In this document: positions 24,173-34,775 of the stretch, one piece after another | Position numbering within the stretch: the first letter of the stretch is position 1 | Layout: every line of letters starts with the position of its first letter | Source of the DNA: an uncultured Acidobacteriota bacterium | GTDB taxonomy: Bacteria; Acidobacteriota; Thermoanaerobaculia; Multivoradales; SZUA-115 | NCBI GenBank assembly: GCA_963805975.1 | Contig: CAWDVR010000005.1 | Span: 352,001-416,000 of the forward strand | DNA length: 64,000 nucleotides | Reading direction: 5' to 3' | Program-made: the position numbers and the translations under genes | Notes under the pieces: model-generated | Databases searched by the model: none | Told to the model about the DNA's origin: nothing | The model's input: only the letters and a program-made list of their open reading frames with translations

Positions 24173-24196
24173 GTGAGGATTATAGGTGCCAGGCGC

Positions 24197-25300
24197 TCAG
24201 ACCAGCCGCCGGCAATAGCCCCCTCCCGGCAGGCGCCGCACCCGGCCCTGGAGCTCGTGCTCCAGGAGCTCGGACATCACTTGGGGCAGGGGCCTGCGGA
24301 GCTCGGCCGCGAGGTCTTCCGGCATCCGCTCCTCGGCGGGTGGCAAGGCGGCGAGGAGCGGATCGGTCTCTCCGGCCTCGGTCTTCGCGGCAGCGGCTTT
24401 CTCGCGGCAGGCGAGAGGCGGCTTCAGGTGCTCCAGGATCTCACGCGGGTGCTGCACCGGGTAGGCGCCGTCGCGGATCAGCGCGTTCGGCCCCTGGGAG
24501 CCTTCCTCGAAGATGCGGCCCGGCACGGCATACACGTCGCGCCCCAGCTCCAGAGCGTGGCGCACCGTGATCAGCGAGCCCGAGCGCGCGGCGGCCCGCA
24601 CCACCAGCGTCGCCTGGGAGAGCGCGGCGAGGATGCGGTTGCGGACCGGGAACTGCCACTGCGCCGGGGGCGTGTCCGGCGGGAACTCGGAGATTCTGGC
24701 GCCGCGGAGAGCGATCTCGCGACCGAGCTTCGCGTGGCCGCGTGGATAGTCGACGGCGAGGCCGCAGCCGAGCACCGCCACCGTCCTGCCCTCGGGCGCG
24801 GCGAGCGCCGCGCGATGGGCGGTGGCGTCGACCCCGTAGGCGAAGCCGGAGACCACGATCGCCCCGGCCGCGGCCAGCTCAGAGGCGAAGAGCTCGGCCA
24901 CCTCGCGGCCGTAGAGGTCCACGCGCCGTGAGCCCACGACCGTGACCGCCGGTCCCGGCGGCAGCCGGCCCTGGACGTAGATCGCGGGCGGCGGCTGGGG
25001 CAGGTCGGCGAGAGCGGCGGGATAGCCCTCGTCGGCCGCGCTCAGGATCTCGGCCCCCACCTCGGCCGCGCGCTGCCGCGCTTCGGCCGCGAGCTTCCCC
25101 GCCCGGCGGCGGATCCGCTCCGCCACCGTGAGGATGTCCCGGTCGACCCCGAGCGTGGCGGCCAGAGCTGGATCGGCGGCGGGTGCCGGGTGCTCCGCCC
25201 AGGAAGCCACGCCCAGCGCGAGACGGCACGCCTTCTCTCTCGGCAGCCAGGGCGAGGCGTTCAGGGCGACCAGCAGGTCGGGGACGGCGACAGCTCTCAC
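24197..25300 (-). CDS. dprA: DNA-processing protein DprA/Smf
   Basis: VVGSRR, VSGFAYGVD..AH, FPVRNRIL, SGSLIT, GPNALIRDGA; start approximate. Confidence 0.93.
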   Translation of the reverse strand: MRAVAVPDLLVALNASPWLPREKACRLALGVASWAEHPAPAADPALAATLGVDRDILTVAERIRRRAGKLAAEARQRAAEVGAEILSAADEGYPAALADLPQPPPAIYVQGRLPPGPAVTVVGSRRVDLYGREVAELFASELAAAGAIVVSGFAYGVDATAHRAALAAPEGRTVAVLGCGLAVDYPRGHAKLGREIALRGARISEFPPDTPPAQWQFPVRNRILAALSQATLVVRAAARSGSLITVRHALELGRDVYAVPGRIFEEGSQGPNALIRDGAYPVQHPREILEHLKPPLACREKAAAAKTEAGETDPLLAALPPAEERMPEDLAAELRRPLPQVMSELLEHELQGRVRRLPGGGYCRRLV

Positions 25301-25516
25301 GCGGGCACTCCTCTCGGTTTTCTCTCTGGCACCCAGGTTGCACTTCCCTCCCGCGTGCTTTCCTCGGACAAGAAGACGGAAATCGGTGGCCGGACCTTGC
25401 ACCGGCAGTGGGCCGAGGCTCGTCCGGAGGGCTCGAGGCGGTCGTATATACTGGCGACCATTCGTTTTTCGGGGTGGCGGAGGAGCTCTCTCATGGGTCT
25501 CGAACGAGCACGAAAC

Positions 25517-25927
25517 ATGAGCCGGGTAGTGGGTGCCGCAGCCGTGCTGGCAGCCGCGCTGTGGGTCGCGGGCGCGGCCGACGCGAAGCCCGCGCCGGCC
25601 GGCGCGCAGCTCTCCTTCGGCGTCCAGATGGCGCGCAGCGGCCTATGGAACGAGGCTTTTTTCCGCTTCCAGCAGGCGGCGCAGCTCGATCCGGGAAACC
25701 CGCGGATCCTCAACAACCTGGCGGTCGCCTCCGAGGCGCGGGGAGACTTCGAGGGAGCGCTGCGCTTCTATCAGGAAGCGCTCAGGATCAACTCCAACGA
25801 CGCCGAGGTCAAGCGCAACTACGCGCGCTTCGTCGAGTTCTACCAGAGCTTCAAAGCCGGCGGCCAGGAGGCCGATCCGGAGGCGAAACCGGAGGCTGCC
25901 GCCGAGTCCGGTACAGGGGACGGCTGA
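25517..25927 (+). CDS. Secreted tetratricopeptide-repeat protein
   Basis: Signal peptide ending ADA; TPR pattern LDPGNPRILNNLAVASEARGDFEGALRFYQEAL. Confidence 0.85.
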   Translation: MSRVVGAAAVLAAALWVAGAADAKPAPAGAQLSFGVQMARSGLWNEAFFRFQQAAQLDPGNPRILNNLAVASEARGDFEGALRFYQEALRINSNDAEVKRNYARFVEFYQSFKAGGQEADPEAKPEAAAESGTGDG

Positions 25928-25960
25928 GTCCTCAGCGGGGAACAACGGCACTCGACAAGG

Positions 25961-26006
25961 CTCGTGTCCCAGGAACCTCGTGTCCCAGGAACCCGTGTCC
26001 CAGGAA
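25961..26006 (+). repeat. Three tandem copies of a 15-16 bp unit (CTCGTGTCCCAGGAAC)
   Basis: ctcgtgtcccaggaac ctcgtgtcccaggaac ccgtgtcccaggaa read directly. Confidence 0.9.
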
Positions 26007-26029
26007 AAGGTTGGAGCGGAGGTCGGATC

Positions 26030-26725
26030 ATGTTGAAAGGTAAAGCGCTCCTCGTGGCGCTCTCGCTGGTCGCAGCGGCGTCGCCCCTGGCGGCCGGCAC
26101 CACCGAGGTCCGGCTGAAGCTCCCGCAGCGGGCGAAGCTCGACCTCGCCGGCCGCAAGACCATCGCCGTGGTGCCGTTCCTGGTGGTGAGCCAGGAAGGG
26201 CAGGAAAAGGTCCGCGGCCGGGACATCAACGTGCAGCAGGAGTTCGAGCGCTACCTGCTCAAGGTGCTGCGCCGCGACACCGACCTGAAAGTGGTCGAGC
26301 CCGGTCCCGTCCAGTACCCGGTGTTCGATCTCGAGCGGCTGGCCAAGGAGCAGGATTTCTGGGCCGCGCTGGGCGAGCGCAGCCAGGCCGACGTCATCCT
26401 CGCCGGGAGCCTCGACTTCGACATCCAGGACCGCACCGGCTACCGCACCGAGGAGTACACCATGCCGTTCGACGGCCGCACCTACCGGCGCCAGGTGCTG
26501 GTGGAGCAGACCGGCTTCGAGTACGACATCCTGATGCAGGTCTACGACGGCAGGAACGGCAAGCTCATGTACACCGACAACTTCAAGGACTTCCAATCGA
26601 TCGAAGGAGAGGACGCCGATCCTCTGAAGGGCATGTTCGAGAACCTCTTCGCCTTGGAAGACCGCATCGTCAACGTCTTCACGCAGAAGAGCGTCGAGGC
26701 CGCCCGCATCCTGTTCACGGATTAA
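26030..26725 (+). CDS. Secreted protein, CsgG/TolB-N-like alpha/beta fold (tentative)
   Basis: GGAGG RBS, signal peptide, KTIAVVPF..ADVILAGSL pattern. Confidence 0.65.
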   Translation: MLKGKALLVALSLVAAASPLAAGTTEVRLKLPQRAKLDLAGRKTIAVVPFLVVSQEGQEKVRGRDINVQQEFERYLLKVLRRDTDLKVVEPGPVQYPVFDLERLAKEQDFWAALGERSQADVILAGSLDFDIQDRTGYRTEEYTMPFDGRTYRRQVLVEQTGFEYDILMQVYDGRNGKLMYTDNFKDFQSIEGEDADPLKGMFENLFALEDRIVNVFTQKSVEAARILFTD

Positions 26726-26738
26726 AAGGAGACCTCCC

Positions 26739-29657
26739 TTGGCTCGTCCACGCCCCTCGAGCTTCGCCCTCTGTCTCGCCGCTCTCGCGCTGCTGGCGCT
26801 GGCCGGCGTGCCGCCGGCCGCGGCCCAGTTCCGCGGCTTCGGCAAGAACAAGGTCCGCTACGACGACTTCCGGTGGCAGGTCTACCACTCGCCGCACTTC
26901 GACGTCTACTTCTACCCGGAAGAGGAGCACCTGCTGCAGAAGGTGGTCTCCTTCGCCGAGAGCTCCTACGACCAGCTCTCGCGGGAGTTCGACTTCCAGA
27001 TCCAGGAGCCGACGCCGCTCATCTTCTACCGCACCCACGCCGAGTTCGAGCAGAACAACGTCATCCTGAACTTCATCCCCGAGAACATCGCCGCCTTCGC
27101 CTCGCCGGCGCGCAACCGCATGGTGATGCCGGTGGGCATGCCGGACCGCGACCTCTACGAGCTCATCACCCACGAGCTGACCCACATCTTCCAGTACCAC
27201 ATCCTCTTCCAGGGGAGCCTCTCCCGCGCCGCCACGCTCCGGCCGCCGCAGTGGTTCATGGAGGGGATGGCGAGCTACATGGCGAACGACGAGGACGCCT
27301 ATGCCCGCATGGTTCTGCGGGACGCGGTGGTCAACGACTTCATCCCGTCGGTGGCGGAGGGCAACGCCTCGGGCTACTTCGCCTACCGCTTCGGCCACGC
27401 GGTCTTCGACTACATCGAGGAGCGCTGGGGCAAAGAGGGGTTCCGCGATTTCATGTACGAGTTCAGGAACACTCTGGGCGGCCGTACCGGCCGCGCTCTC
27501 GAGCGCTCGTTCCGCATCCAGCCCGAGGACTTCGATATCGAGTTCCGCCGCTGGCTGCGCCAGAAGTACCTGCGCCAGCTGGTCGAGACCGGCGAGCCGA
27601 GCGACTTCGGCAAGCCCTTCCGCGTCGAGGACCTTCCCGGCACCCAGGAGCTGTCCGCCATCGCCTCGCCCTCGGGCGATCTCGTCGCCTCCTTCAGCGC
27701 CCAGCGGGGCGACCTCGACATCGTGCTCTTCGACACCCAGAAGCGGCGCCAGATCAAGAACCTCACCAAGGGCCTGTCCACCTCCTACGACTACCTGGTG
27801 GTGCAGGCGGCGACCGTCGGCCGCCGCATGGGGCGCGACCTCGCCTTCTCCCCGGACGGCAACTTCATCGGGGTCTTCGCCCGCCGCGACGCGGGACGGG
27901 AGCTACTGCTGTTCGACGTGCTCAAGGGAGGCATCGCCCGCTCGATCGAGATGGACGTCGATCAGCAGACCGGCCTCTCCTGGAGCCCGGACGGCAAGAA
28001 GATCGCATTCTCCGGCGCCCGCAACGGCCACTTCGACATCTACCTGCTCGACCTGGACACCAACGAGATCACCCCGGTCACCAGCGACCCGATCTTCGAC
28101 GGCGCTCCCGCCTTCTCGCCGGACGGCAAGTCGCTGGTCTTCAGCTCGGAGGTCGGCGGCCACGCCAAGCTCTTCCGCATCGACTTCGCCGATCCCGGCA
28201 AGCGCTTCCAGCTCACGGGCGGCGAATCCGAGGACAAGGACGCCATCTACTCGCCCGACGGCAAGCGGATCTACTACACCTCGGAGCGCGACGACTACGA
28301 CAACATCTTCGTCCTCGACCTCGAGAACAACGAGATCCGACAGTACACGGACGTGGTGACGGGTTGCTTCCAGCCCGCCGTGCTGCCGCGGCCCGAGGGC
28401 AGGGAGAGCCTGGTCTTCGGCGGCGTCTGGGCCGGCCAGCACAAGCTCTACCTCTCCGACCTCGAGCAGGCGGTGGGCGAGCCGCAGAAGCTCGAAGCCC
28501 CCACTCCGCCTGCCGCGGCGGACGAGCTGGCCAAGTTCGAGCCCTCGATCGAGGTCTCGATCGACGACGCCAACAAGGACAAGTACGGCGGCTACAAGTT
28601 CTTCCTGACCGACGCCCAGACCTTCCTCGGCGTCGACGACAGCCAGACCTTCCTGGGTACCGTCGTCCTCACCTTCTCCGACTACCTGGGCGACAAGCAG
28701 ATCTTGGCCGTGCTCTCCTCCTACGACGCGCTGTCGAACTTCTACGGCCGCTACACGGACCTCTCGAACCGCCTGCAGAAGTACGTGGCGGTCTACGACG
28801 ACCGCGACTTCCTGTTCCTGCTGCGCGACTCGCAGACCGGCCAGATCCTGGCCCGTGACGGCGAGATCCGCCTGACCGGTGTGCAGGCGGGTGTCAACTA
28901 CCCGTTCGGCCTGAGAACCCGGGCCGAGGCCGGCATCGGCTACGTGTACCGGAAGTTCCCGGTGGAGGTGGCTACGCCCGGGGGCGGAGTGGGCCTGCTG
29001 GAGATCAAAGACGACTTCCCGTACGTGGAGGCGGCGCTGGTCGGGGACTCGGCCCTCTTCACGTCGTTCGGGCCGGTGGCCGGCCGCCGCTGGCGGCTCG
29101 ACGGCAACTATGCCCCGGACCTGGATGGGAGCGGCACCCTGACCTCGGAGCTCTCCGGCGACTTCCGCCAGTATCTGCCGACCTCGTTGCGCTCCGGCTT
29201 CGCGCTGCGCGCTTTCGCCGGCGCCCGCTTCGGCAACAACCCGACGCCGTTCCGCATCGGCGGTGAGAGCATCCGGAGCTTCCGTTTCCGCGAGCTGTCC
29301 GGCGATCGCGCCTTTTTCACCACTGCGGAGTTCCGTTTCCCGCTGATCGACGAGCTGCGCACCCCTGCGGTGCGATTCCAGAACATCCGCGGCCGGGTGT
29401 TCCTCGACGTGGGAGCGGTGTGGTACGACGAGTTCGGTGTCCTGGTGCGGCAGCCCGACGGCTTCTTCGCCTTCCAAGACTTCGAGTTCTGGGACAGCGA
29501 AGAGAACCGGCTCCGGGACGGGGTGGCGGTCTACGGCATGGGGTTCACGTTGCAGTTCATCGGTCTCGACCTCAACTGGGACATTGGCAAGCGCTTCGAC
29601 GGCAAGGACACGCTCTCGGACTTCACTACTACGTTCACCATCGGTACGCGGTTCTAA
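26739..29657 (+). CDS. Omp85/BamA-family outer membrane protein with N-terminal zinc-peptidase-like domain and TolB-like PD40 propeller
   Basis: HELTH..WFMEG gluzincin-like motif; repeated FSPDG/WSPDG; C-terminal barrel (IRSF..EFRFPL..FLDVG..TIGTRF). Confidence 0.85.
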   Translation: MARPRPSSFALCLAALALLALAGVPPAAAQFRGFGKNKVRYDDFRWQVYHSPHFDVYFYPEEEHLLQKVVSFAESSYDQLSREFDFQIQEPTPLIFYRTHAEFEQNNVILNFIPENIAAFASPARNRMVMPVGMPDRDLYELITHELTHIFQYHILFQGSLSRAATLRPPQWFMEGMASYMANDEDAYARMVLRDAVVNDFIPSVAEGNASGYFAYRFGHAVFDYIEERWGKEGFRDFMYEFRNTLGGRTGRALERSFRIQPEDFDIEFRRWLRQKYLRQLVETGEPSDFGKPFRVEDLPGTQELSAIASPSGDLVASFSAQRGDLDIVLFDTQKRRQIKNLTKGLSTSYDYLVVQAATVGRRMGRDLAFSPDGNFIGVFARRDAGRELLLFDVLKGGIARSIEMDVDQQTGLSWSPDGKKIAFSGARNGHFDIYLLDLDTNEITPVTSDPIFDGAPAFSPDGKSLVFSSEVGGHAKLFRIDFADPGKRFQLTGGESEDKDAIYSPDGKRIYYTSERDDYDNIFVLDLENNEIRQYTDVVTGCFQPAVLPRPEGRESLVFGGVWAGQHKLYLSDLEQAVGEPQKLEAPTPPAAADELAKFEPSIEVSIDDANKDKYGGYKFFLTDAQTFLGVDDSQTFLGTVVLTFSDYLGDKQILAVLSSYDALSNFYGRYTDLSNRLQKYVAVYDDRDFLFLLRDSQTGQILARDGEIRLTGVQAGVNYPFGLRTRAEAGIGYVYRKFPVEVATPGGGVGLLEIKDDFPYVEAALVGDSALFTSFGPVAGRRWRLDGNYAPDLDGSGTLTSELSGDFRQYLPTSLRSGFALRAFAGARFGNNPTPFRIGGESIRSFRFRELSGDRAFFTTAEFRFPLIDELRTPAVRFQNIRGRVFLDVGAVWYDEFGVLVRQPDGFFAFQDFEFWDSEENRLRDGVAVYGMGFTLQFIGLDLNWDIGKRFDGKDTLSDFTTTFTIGTRF

Positions 29658-29658
29658 C

Positions 29659-29745
29659 GGGACGGCCGGCACAGGTCCGGCCGCTACGGGCTCTCCGGTC
29701 ATCGTTGGTTCCAGACGTAGCGGCCGGACCTGTGCCGGCCGTCCC
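29659..29745. repeat. GTAG-family REP doublet (perfect 30-bp inverted repeat)
   Basis: gggacggccggcacaggtccggccgctacg (29659-29688) and its exact reverse complement (29716-29745). Confidence 0.85.
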
Positions 29746-29793
29746 TCTCAGGTTGTAGGGCTTGCCCGAACGGCGCTACAATCCGATCAACCT

Positions 29794-30558
29794 ATGCAGA
29801 TTCGCGTATTGGGCTGCTACGGCGGCGAGAGCCGGGACTGCCACACCACCTGCCTGCTGATCAACGAGGCCCTGGCGCTCGATGCGGGCTCCCTGACCCG
29901 CGTCCTCTCCCTCGAGCAGCAGCTTGCGATCCGAACCGTCGTGCTCTCTCACGCGCACGTCGACCACACGAGCTGCCTGCCGTTCTTCGTCGAAAACTCC
30001 TACGGTGCGCTCGAGGCTCCGGTCGACGTCTATGCGGGCGGCGCCACGATTGCCGCGCTGCGCAGCCATCTGTTCAACGACGAGGCGTGGCCGGACTTCA
30101 CCCGCCTGCCGAACGCCTCGGCGCCGGCCGTGCGCTTCCACGAGATCCGCGCCGGCGAGTCGTTCGAGCTCGCGGGCGTCTCGTGGACGCCGATCCCCGT
30201 CCATCACCCCGTGCCGACGTTCGGCTTCCTCCTCGCGGACGCCTCCGGCTCCGTGCTGTGGTCGAGCGACACCGGGCCCACGGACGAGCTGTGGCAGGCG
30301 GCCAACCGGGCGACCGATCTCAAGGCCGTGTGCCTGGACACCAGCTTCGACAACGCGCTGCAGAAGGTGGCCGACGCTTCCGGGCACCTCACGCCGCTGG
30401 CGCTCGAGCGCGAGCTCGAGAAGCTCGAGCGCCAGGTGCCGGTGCTGCTGCACCATCTCAAGCCGCCTTCGGTGGCGCGCATCCACGAGGAGGTCCGGCG
30501 GCTCGGCAACCCGAACCTGGGCTACCTGGAGCAGGGCGAGAGCTACGATTTTTCGTGA
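29794..30558 (+). CDS. MBL-fold hydrolase, class II cyclic-nucleotide phosphodiesterase-like
   Basis: LGCYGG, LDAGSL, SHAHVDH, HLFND..WPDF, SDTGPT, GHLTP. Confidence 0.8.
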   Translation: MQIRVLGCYGGESRDCHTTCLLINEALALDAGSLTRVLSLEQQLAIRTVVLSHAHVDHTSCLPFFVENSYGALEAPVDVYAGGATIAALRSHLFNDEAWPDFTRLPNASAPAVRFHEIRAGESFELAGVSWTPIPVHHPVPTFGFLLADASGSVLWSSDTGPTDELWQAANRATDLKAVCLDTSFDNALQKVADASGHLTPLALERELEKLERQVPVLLHHLKPPSVARIHEEVRRLGNPNLGYLEQGESYDFS

Positions 30559-30591
30559 TACCGTTGCCCGCGACGGAGGCTCCCTTCCCGC

Positions 30592-31467
30592 TTGCAGCAG
30601 TCGCTCTTCGACACCCCAACGGATCCGTCTTACCCCGGCCTCCCGGCCGCGGTCTCCAACTGTCGGCCTCGCACCCCTTCTGACTCGCCGTTACGGCTCG
30701 TGGTCCTGGGCTCCGGCTCGGGTGGCAACGCCGTCGTCGTCGAAGCCGACGGGCGCCGCCTGCTGCTCGACGCCGGCTTCTCCTGCCGTGAGATCGAGCG
30801 CCGCCTGGCCCGGATGGGCCTCGCGCCCACGGCCTTCGACGGCCTGGTGCTGACCCACGAGCACGTGGATCACGTGCGGGGCGCCGACCGCTTCTGCCGC
30901 CGCCACGGCGTGCCGCTCTTTGCCACTGCCGGCACCCTCCAAGGAGTGGCGCTCTCGGAGGCGACGGGGCGCGGCGCGACCGTGATCCGTTCGGGCGAGC
31001 CCTGGGAGATCGGCGGCTTTCGGCTCGAGGCGTTCGGCATTCCGCACGACGCGCGCGAGCCCGTGGGGCTGGTGCTCGAGGACGCCCACGGGCGGCGCAT
31101 CGGCCTGGTGGCGGATCTCGGCACCCGGAGCCGCCTCGCCTGGGGCCGGCTGGCCGAGCTCGACCTCTTGCTCCTCGAGACCAACCACGACCTCGAGATG
31201 CTGCGCAACGGCCCCTATCCCTGGCCGCTCAAGCAGCGGGTGGCCGGGCGCCATGGGCACCTCTCGAACGCCGATGCCGCCGAGGGCCTGGCCGAGCTGC
31301 TCTGCGATCGTCTCCAACGGGTGGTGCTCTACCACCTCTCGCGCACCAACAACCTGCCGGCCCTGGCCGCCGCCGCGATCGGCGAGGCGCTCTCCCGGGA
31401 GGGCTCGCCGGCCACGCTGGTGGTCAGCGAGCAGCACCAACCGACCGACTGGCTGGAGATCCCGTGA
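30592..31467 (+). CDS. MBL-fold metallo-hydrolase (YycJ/WalJ-like)
   Basis: GSGSGGN, LLLDAG, THEHVDH, PHDA, ETNHD, GHLSN, HLSRTNN; start uncertain. Confidence 0.85.
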   Translation: MQQSLFDTPTDPSYPGLPAAVSNCRPRTPSDSPLRLVVLGSGSGGNAVVVEADGRRLLLDAGFSCREIERRLARMGLAPTAFDGLVLTHEHVDHVRGADRFCRRHGVPLFATAGTLQGVALSEATGRGATVIRSGEPWEIGGFRLEAFGIPHDAREPVGLVLEDAHGRRIGLVADLGTRSRLAWGRLAELDLLLLETNHDLEMLRNGPYPWPLKQRVAGRHGHLSNADAAEGLAELLCDRLQRVVLYHLSRTNNLPALAAAAIGEALSREGSPATLVVSEQHQPTDWLEIP

Positions 31468-31489
31468 AGCACCGCCCAGGAGAAGCGCC

Positions 31490-31750
31490 ATGAGAGCCCG
31501 CGTCACCGTCTATCCCCGGCCCGAGATCCTCGACCCGCAAGGCAAGGCGATCCGGGACGCCCTCGCCCGCCTGGGGTTCGACCAGGTTCTCGATCTGCGC
31601 GCCGGCAAGAGCTTCGACATCGAGCTCGCCGGGACGGACCCCGCCGCCGCCAGGGCCGACCTCGAGGAGATGTGCCGGCGCCTGCTGGCGAACCCCCTGG
31701 TCGAGAGCTATGCCGTCGAGCTCGCCACGCCCGAGGATGCAGCGCGATGA
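31490..31750 (+). CDS. purS: FGAM synthase subunit PurS
   Basis: [19 protein letters not shown]. Confidence 0.93.
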   Translation: MRARVTVYPRPEILDPQGKAIRDALARLGFDQVLDLRAGKSFDIELAGTDPAAARADLEEMCRRLLANPLVESYAVELATPEDAAR

Positions 31751-32457
31751 GGTGTGGCGTCGTCATGTTCCCGGGCAGCAACTGCGACCACGACGTCTAC
31801 CACGTGCTCAAGCACGTTCTGGGGCAGGACGCGACCTTCCTCTGGCACCAGGACGACTCGCTCAAGGCCTGCGAGCTGGTGGTGGTGCCGGGGGGCTTCT
31901 CCTACGGCGACTACCTGCGCGCCGGCGCGCTCGCCGCCCAGTCGCCGATGATGGCGGCCATCCGCCGCCACGCCGCGGCCGGCGGCCTGGTGCTCGGCGT
32001 CTGCAACGGCTTCCAGATCCTGCTCGAGGCCGGGCTCCTGCCGGGCGCCATGCTGCGCAACCGGACGCTCCGCTTCGAGTGCCGGGAGGTCTGCCTGCGG
32101 GTCGAGCGCCACGACCTGGCCTTCACCCACCGCTACGCCCGAGGCCAGGTCCTGCGCCTGCCGATCGCCCACATGGAGGGCAACTACGTGGCCACGGCCG
32201 ACGAGATCGCCGCGCTCGAAGCGCGCCGGCAGGTGGTCTTCCGCTATGTGGCGCCGTCCGGCGAGATCGACCCGGCCTGGAACTTCAACGGCTCGTCGGG
32301 CGCGATCGCCGGGGTGGTGAACGAGGGCGGCAACGTGCTCGGCATGATGCCCCACCCCGAGCGCGCCTCCGAGGCGCTGCTCGGCGGCACGGACGGTCTC
32401 GCGCTCTTCGAGGCGGCCCTGGCCGCGACGGCCAACACGATGGGGATGGCGTCGTGA
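31747..32457 (+). CDS. purQ: FGAM synthase glutaminase subunit PurQ
   Basis: [36 protein letters not shown]. Confidence 0.96.
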   Translation: MRCGVVMFPGSNCDHDVYHVLKHVLGQDATFLWHQDDSLKACELVVVPGGFSYGDYLRAGALAAQSPMMAAIRRHAAAGGLVLGVCNGFQILLEAGLLPGAMLRNRTLRFECREVCLRVERHDLAFTHRYARGQVLRLPIAHMEGNYVATADEIAALEARRQVVFRYVAPSGEIDPAWNFNGSSGAIAGVVNEGGNVLGMMPHPERASEALLGGTDGLALFEAALAATANTMGMAS

Positions 32458-34661
32458 GGGCCGTGGAGGAGGCGGCCGTCGACCTCGAGGTGGCGAAGAG
32501 CCACGGGCTCTCCGCGGAAGAGTACGAGCGGCTGCTCGGGATCCTGGGCCACACGCCGACCCTGACCGAGCTCGGCATCACCTCGGCGCTGTGGTCCGAG
32601 CACTGCTCGTACAAGTCCTCCAAGGTCTACCTGCGCGAGTTTCCCACCGCCGGCCCGCACGTCATCCACGGCCCCGGGGAGAACGCGGGCGTGGTCGACC
32701 TGGGGGACGGCTGGGTGGCGGCCTTCAAGATGGAGAGCCACAACCACCCGAGCTTCATCGAGCCCTACCAGGGCGCGGCGACCGGCGTCGGCGGCATCCT
32801 GCGCGACGTCTTCACCATGGGAGCGCGGCCCATCGCCTGCCTCGACTCGCTGCGCTTCGGCGAGATCGACGCGCCGCGCATGCGCTACCTGATCGACGGC
32901 GTGGTGCGCGGCATCGGCGGCTACGGCAACTGCGTCGGCGTCCCCACGGTGGGTGGGGAGACGGGCTTCCACGCGAGCTACAACGGCAACATCCTGGTGA
33001 ATGCCTTCGCGTTGGGCGTCGCCCGCCGGGAGCGCATCTTCACCGCCGCCGCTTCCGGCCCCGGCAACCCCATCCTCTACGCCGGCAGCCGCACCGGCCG
33101 CGACGGCATCCACGGCGCCACCATGGCTTCCGAGTCCTTCGACGCCGAGAGCGAGGCCAAGCGGCCCACCGTGCAGGTGGGCGACCCGTTCACCGAGAAG
33201 GTGCTGCTCGAGGCCTGCCTGGAGGCCATGCGCAGCGACGCCATCGTCGCCATCCAGGACATGGGCGCCGCCGGGCTCACCAGCTCGGGCTTCGAGATGG
33301 CGGGCCGCGGCGGCACCGGCATCCGCCTCGACCTCGACCAGGTGCCGCTGCGCGAGGCCGGCCTCTCCGGCTACGAGATCATGCTCTCCGAGTCCCAGGA
33401 GCGCATGCTGCTGGTGGCCCAACGCGGCAAGCAGGAGGAGCTGATCCGGATCTTCGAGCGCTGGGGGCTCGCGGTGGTGACGATCGGCGAGGTGACGGCC
33501 AGCGGACGGGCGGTGATCACCCGCCACGGCAGGACGGTCGCCGATCTCCCCATCGAGCCGCTCACCGGCGGCGCGCCGGTCTACCATCGTCCGGCCTCGC
33601 CGCCGGCCGATCTCGCCCGGCGTCAGAGAGATCCCGAGGTGCCGCCGGCCGAGGATCCGGGAGGAGTGCTCACCCGCCTGCTCGAGACGCCGGAGCTCGC
33701 CAGCAAGGAATGGATCTGGAACCAGTACGACTGGAGCGTGCGCACCAACACGGTGATCGGCCCGGGCGGCGACGCCGCGGTGCTGGCCCTCAAAGGCACG
33801 GCGTCCGGCCTGGCCATGAGCTCGGACGTCAACCCCGTCTACTGCTACCTCGATCCCAGGACCGGCGGCGCGCAGGCCGTGGCCGAGGCGGTGCGCAACC
33901 TGGCCTGCGCCGGCGCCGAGCCCGTGGGGCTCACGGACTGTCTGAACTTCGGCAACCCGGAGAACCCGGAGGTCGCCTGGCAGCTTCGCGAGTGCGTGCG
34001 CGGCATGGCGGAGGCCTGCCGTGCGCTGGGAGTGCCGGTGGTCTCCGGCAACGTGTCGCTCTACAACGAGACCGAAGGGCGCTCGATCCACCCCACGCCG
34101 ACGGTGGTGGCGGTGGGAGTGGTGCCGGATCTCGCCCAGGTGCCGCGGGCGGCGTTCCAGAAAGCGGGCGAGCGGGTGATCCTCCTCGGTGCGGACGCCG
34201 GCGAGCTCGGCGGCTCGGCCTACCTGCGCCTGCTTCACGGCATCGAGCAGGGCCGGCCGCCGAAAGTCGACCTCGAGGCCGAGGCCAGGCTGGCCGAAGT
34301 GCTCCGCATCCTGGTCTTCAACGGCTCGATCTCGACCGCGCACGACCTGTCCGAGGGCGGCCTGGCGGTCGCTCTCGCCGAGTGCTGCTTCGGCCGCGAG
34401 ATCGGTGCGCGCCTCAAGGTGCCGCTCTCGCCCACCCACCTGTTCTCGGAGACCCAGGCGCGGGCGATCGTCTGCTGCCCGCCCTCCCAGGCCGAGGCCG
34501 TGCTGCGGGCGGCGGAGGAAGGCGGCGTGGCGGCGCTCGACGCCGGCGCCACCGGGGGCGGCGAGCTGGTGGTCGAAGCCGACGGCGGGACGATCCGGCT
34601 CGGCGTCGCCGACCTCAAGGGCCGCTGGCAGACGGCGCTGCCCCTCGCCCTGGGCATGTAG
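32454..34661 (+). CDS. purL: FGAM synthase subunit PurL
   Basis: [43 protein letters not shown]. Confidence 0.97.
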   Translation: MRAVEEAAVDLEVAKSHGLSAEEYERLLGILGHTPTLTELGITSALWSEHCSYKSSKVYLREFPTAGPHVIHGPGENAGVVDLGDGWVAAFKMESHNHPSFIEPYQGAATGVGGILRDVFTMGARPIACLDSLRFGEIDAPRMRYLIDGVVRGIGGYGNCVGVPTVGGETGFHASYNGNILVNAFALGVARRERIFTAAASGPGNPILYAGSRTGRDGIHGATMASESFDAESEAKRPTVQVGDPFTEKVLLEACLEAMRSDAIVAIQDMGAAGLTSSGFEMAGRGGTGIRLDLDQVPLREAGLSGYEIMLSESQERMLLVAQRGKQEELIRIFERWGLAVVTIGEVTASGRAVITRHGRTVADLPIEPLTGGAPVYHRPASPPADLARRQRDPEVPPAEDPGGVLTRLLETPELASKEWIWNQYDWSVRTNTVIGPGGDAAVLALKGTASGLAMSSDVNPVYCYLDPRTGGAQAVAEAVRNLACAGAEPVGLTDCLNFGNPENPEVAWQLRECVRGMAEACRALGVPVVSGNVSLYNETEGRSIHPTPTVVAVGVVPDLAQVPRAAFQKAGERVILLGADAGELGGSAYLRLLHGIEQGRPPKVDLEAEARLAEVLRILVFNGSISTAHDLSEGGLAVALAECCFGREIGARLKVPLSPTHLFSETQARAIVCCPPSQAEAVLRAAEEGGVAALDAGATGGGELVVEADGGTIRLGVADLKGRWQTALPLALGM

Positions 34662-34775
34662 CCGGCCGCCCGGCCGCATCCGGGCTGTCTCCCGCGGGCG
34701 CGTGCTGCGCACCAGGACTGGAGGTGCTACAGGCAGACTGTAGCTCGCCACTCCGCAGCAGAAAGGAGCCTCGTC

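Noticed and set aside
25961-26006. CRISPR-like array
   Set aside because: The units are contiguous 15-16-mers with no spacers, and there are no cas genes.
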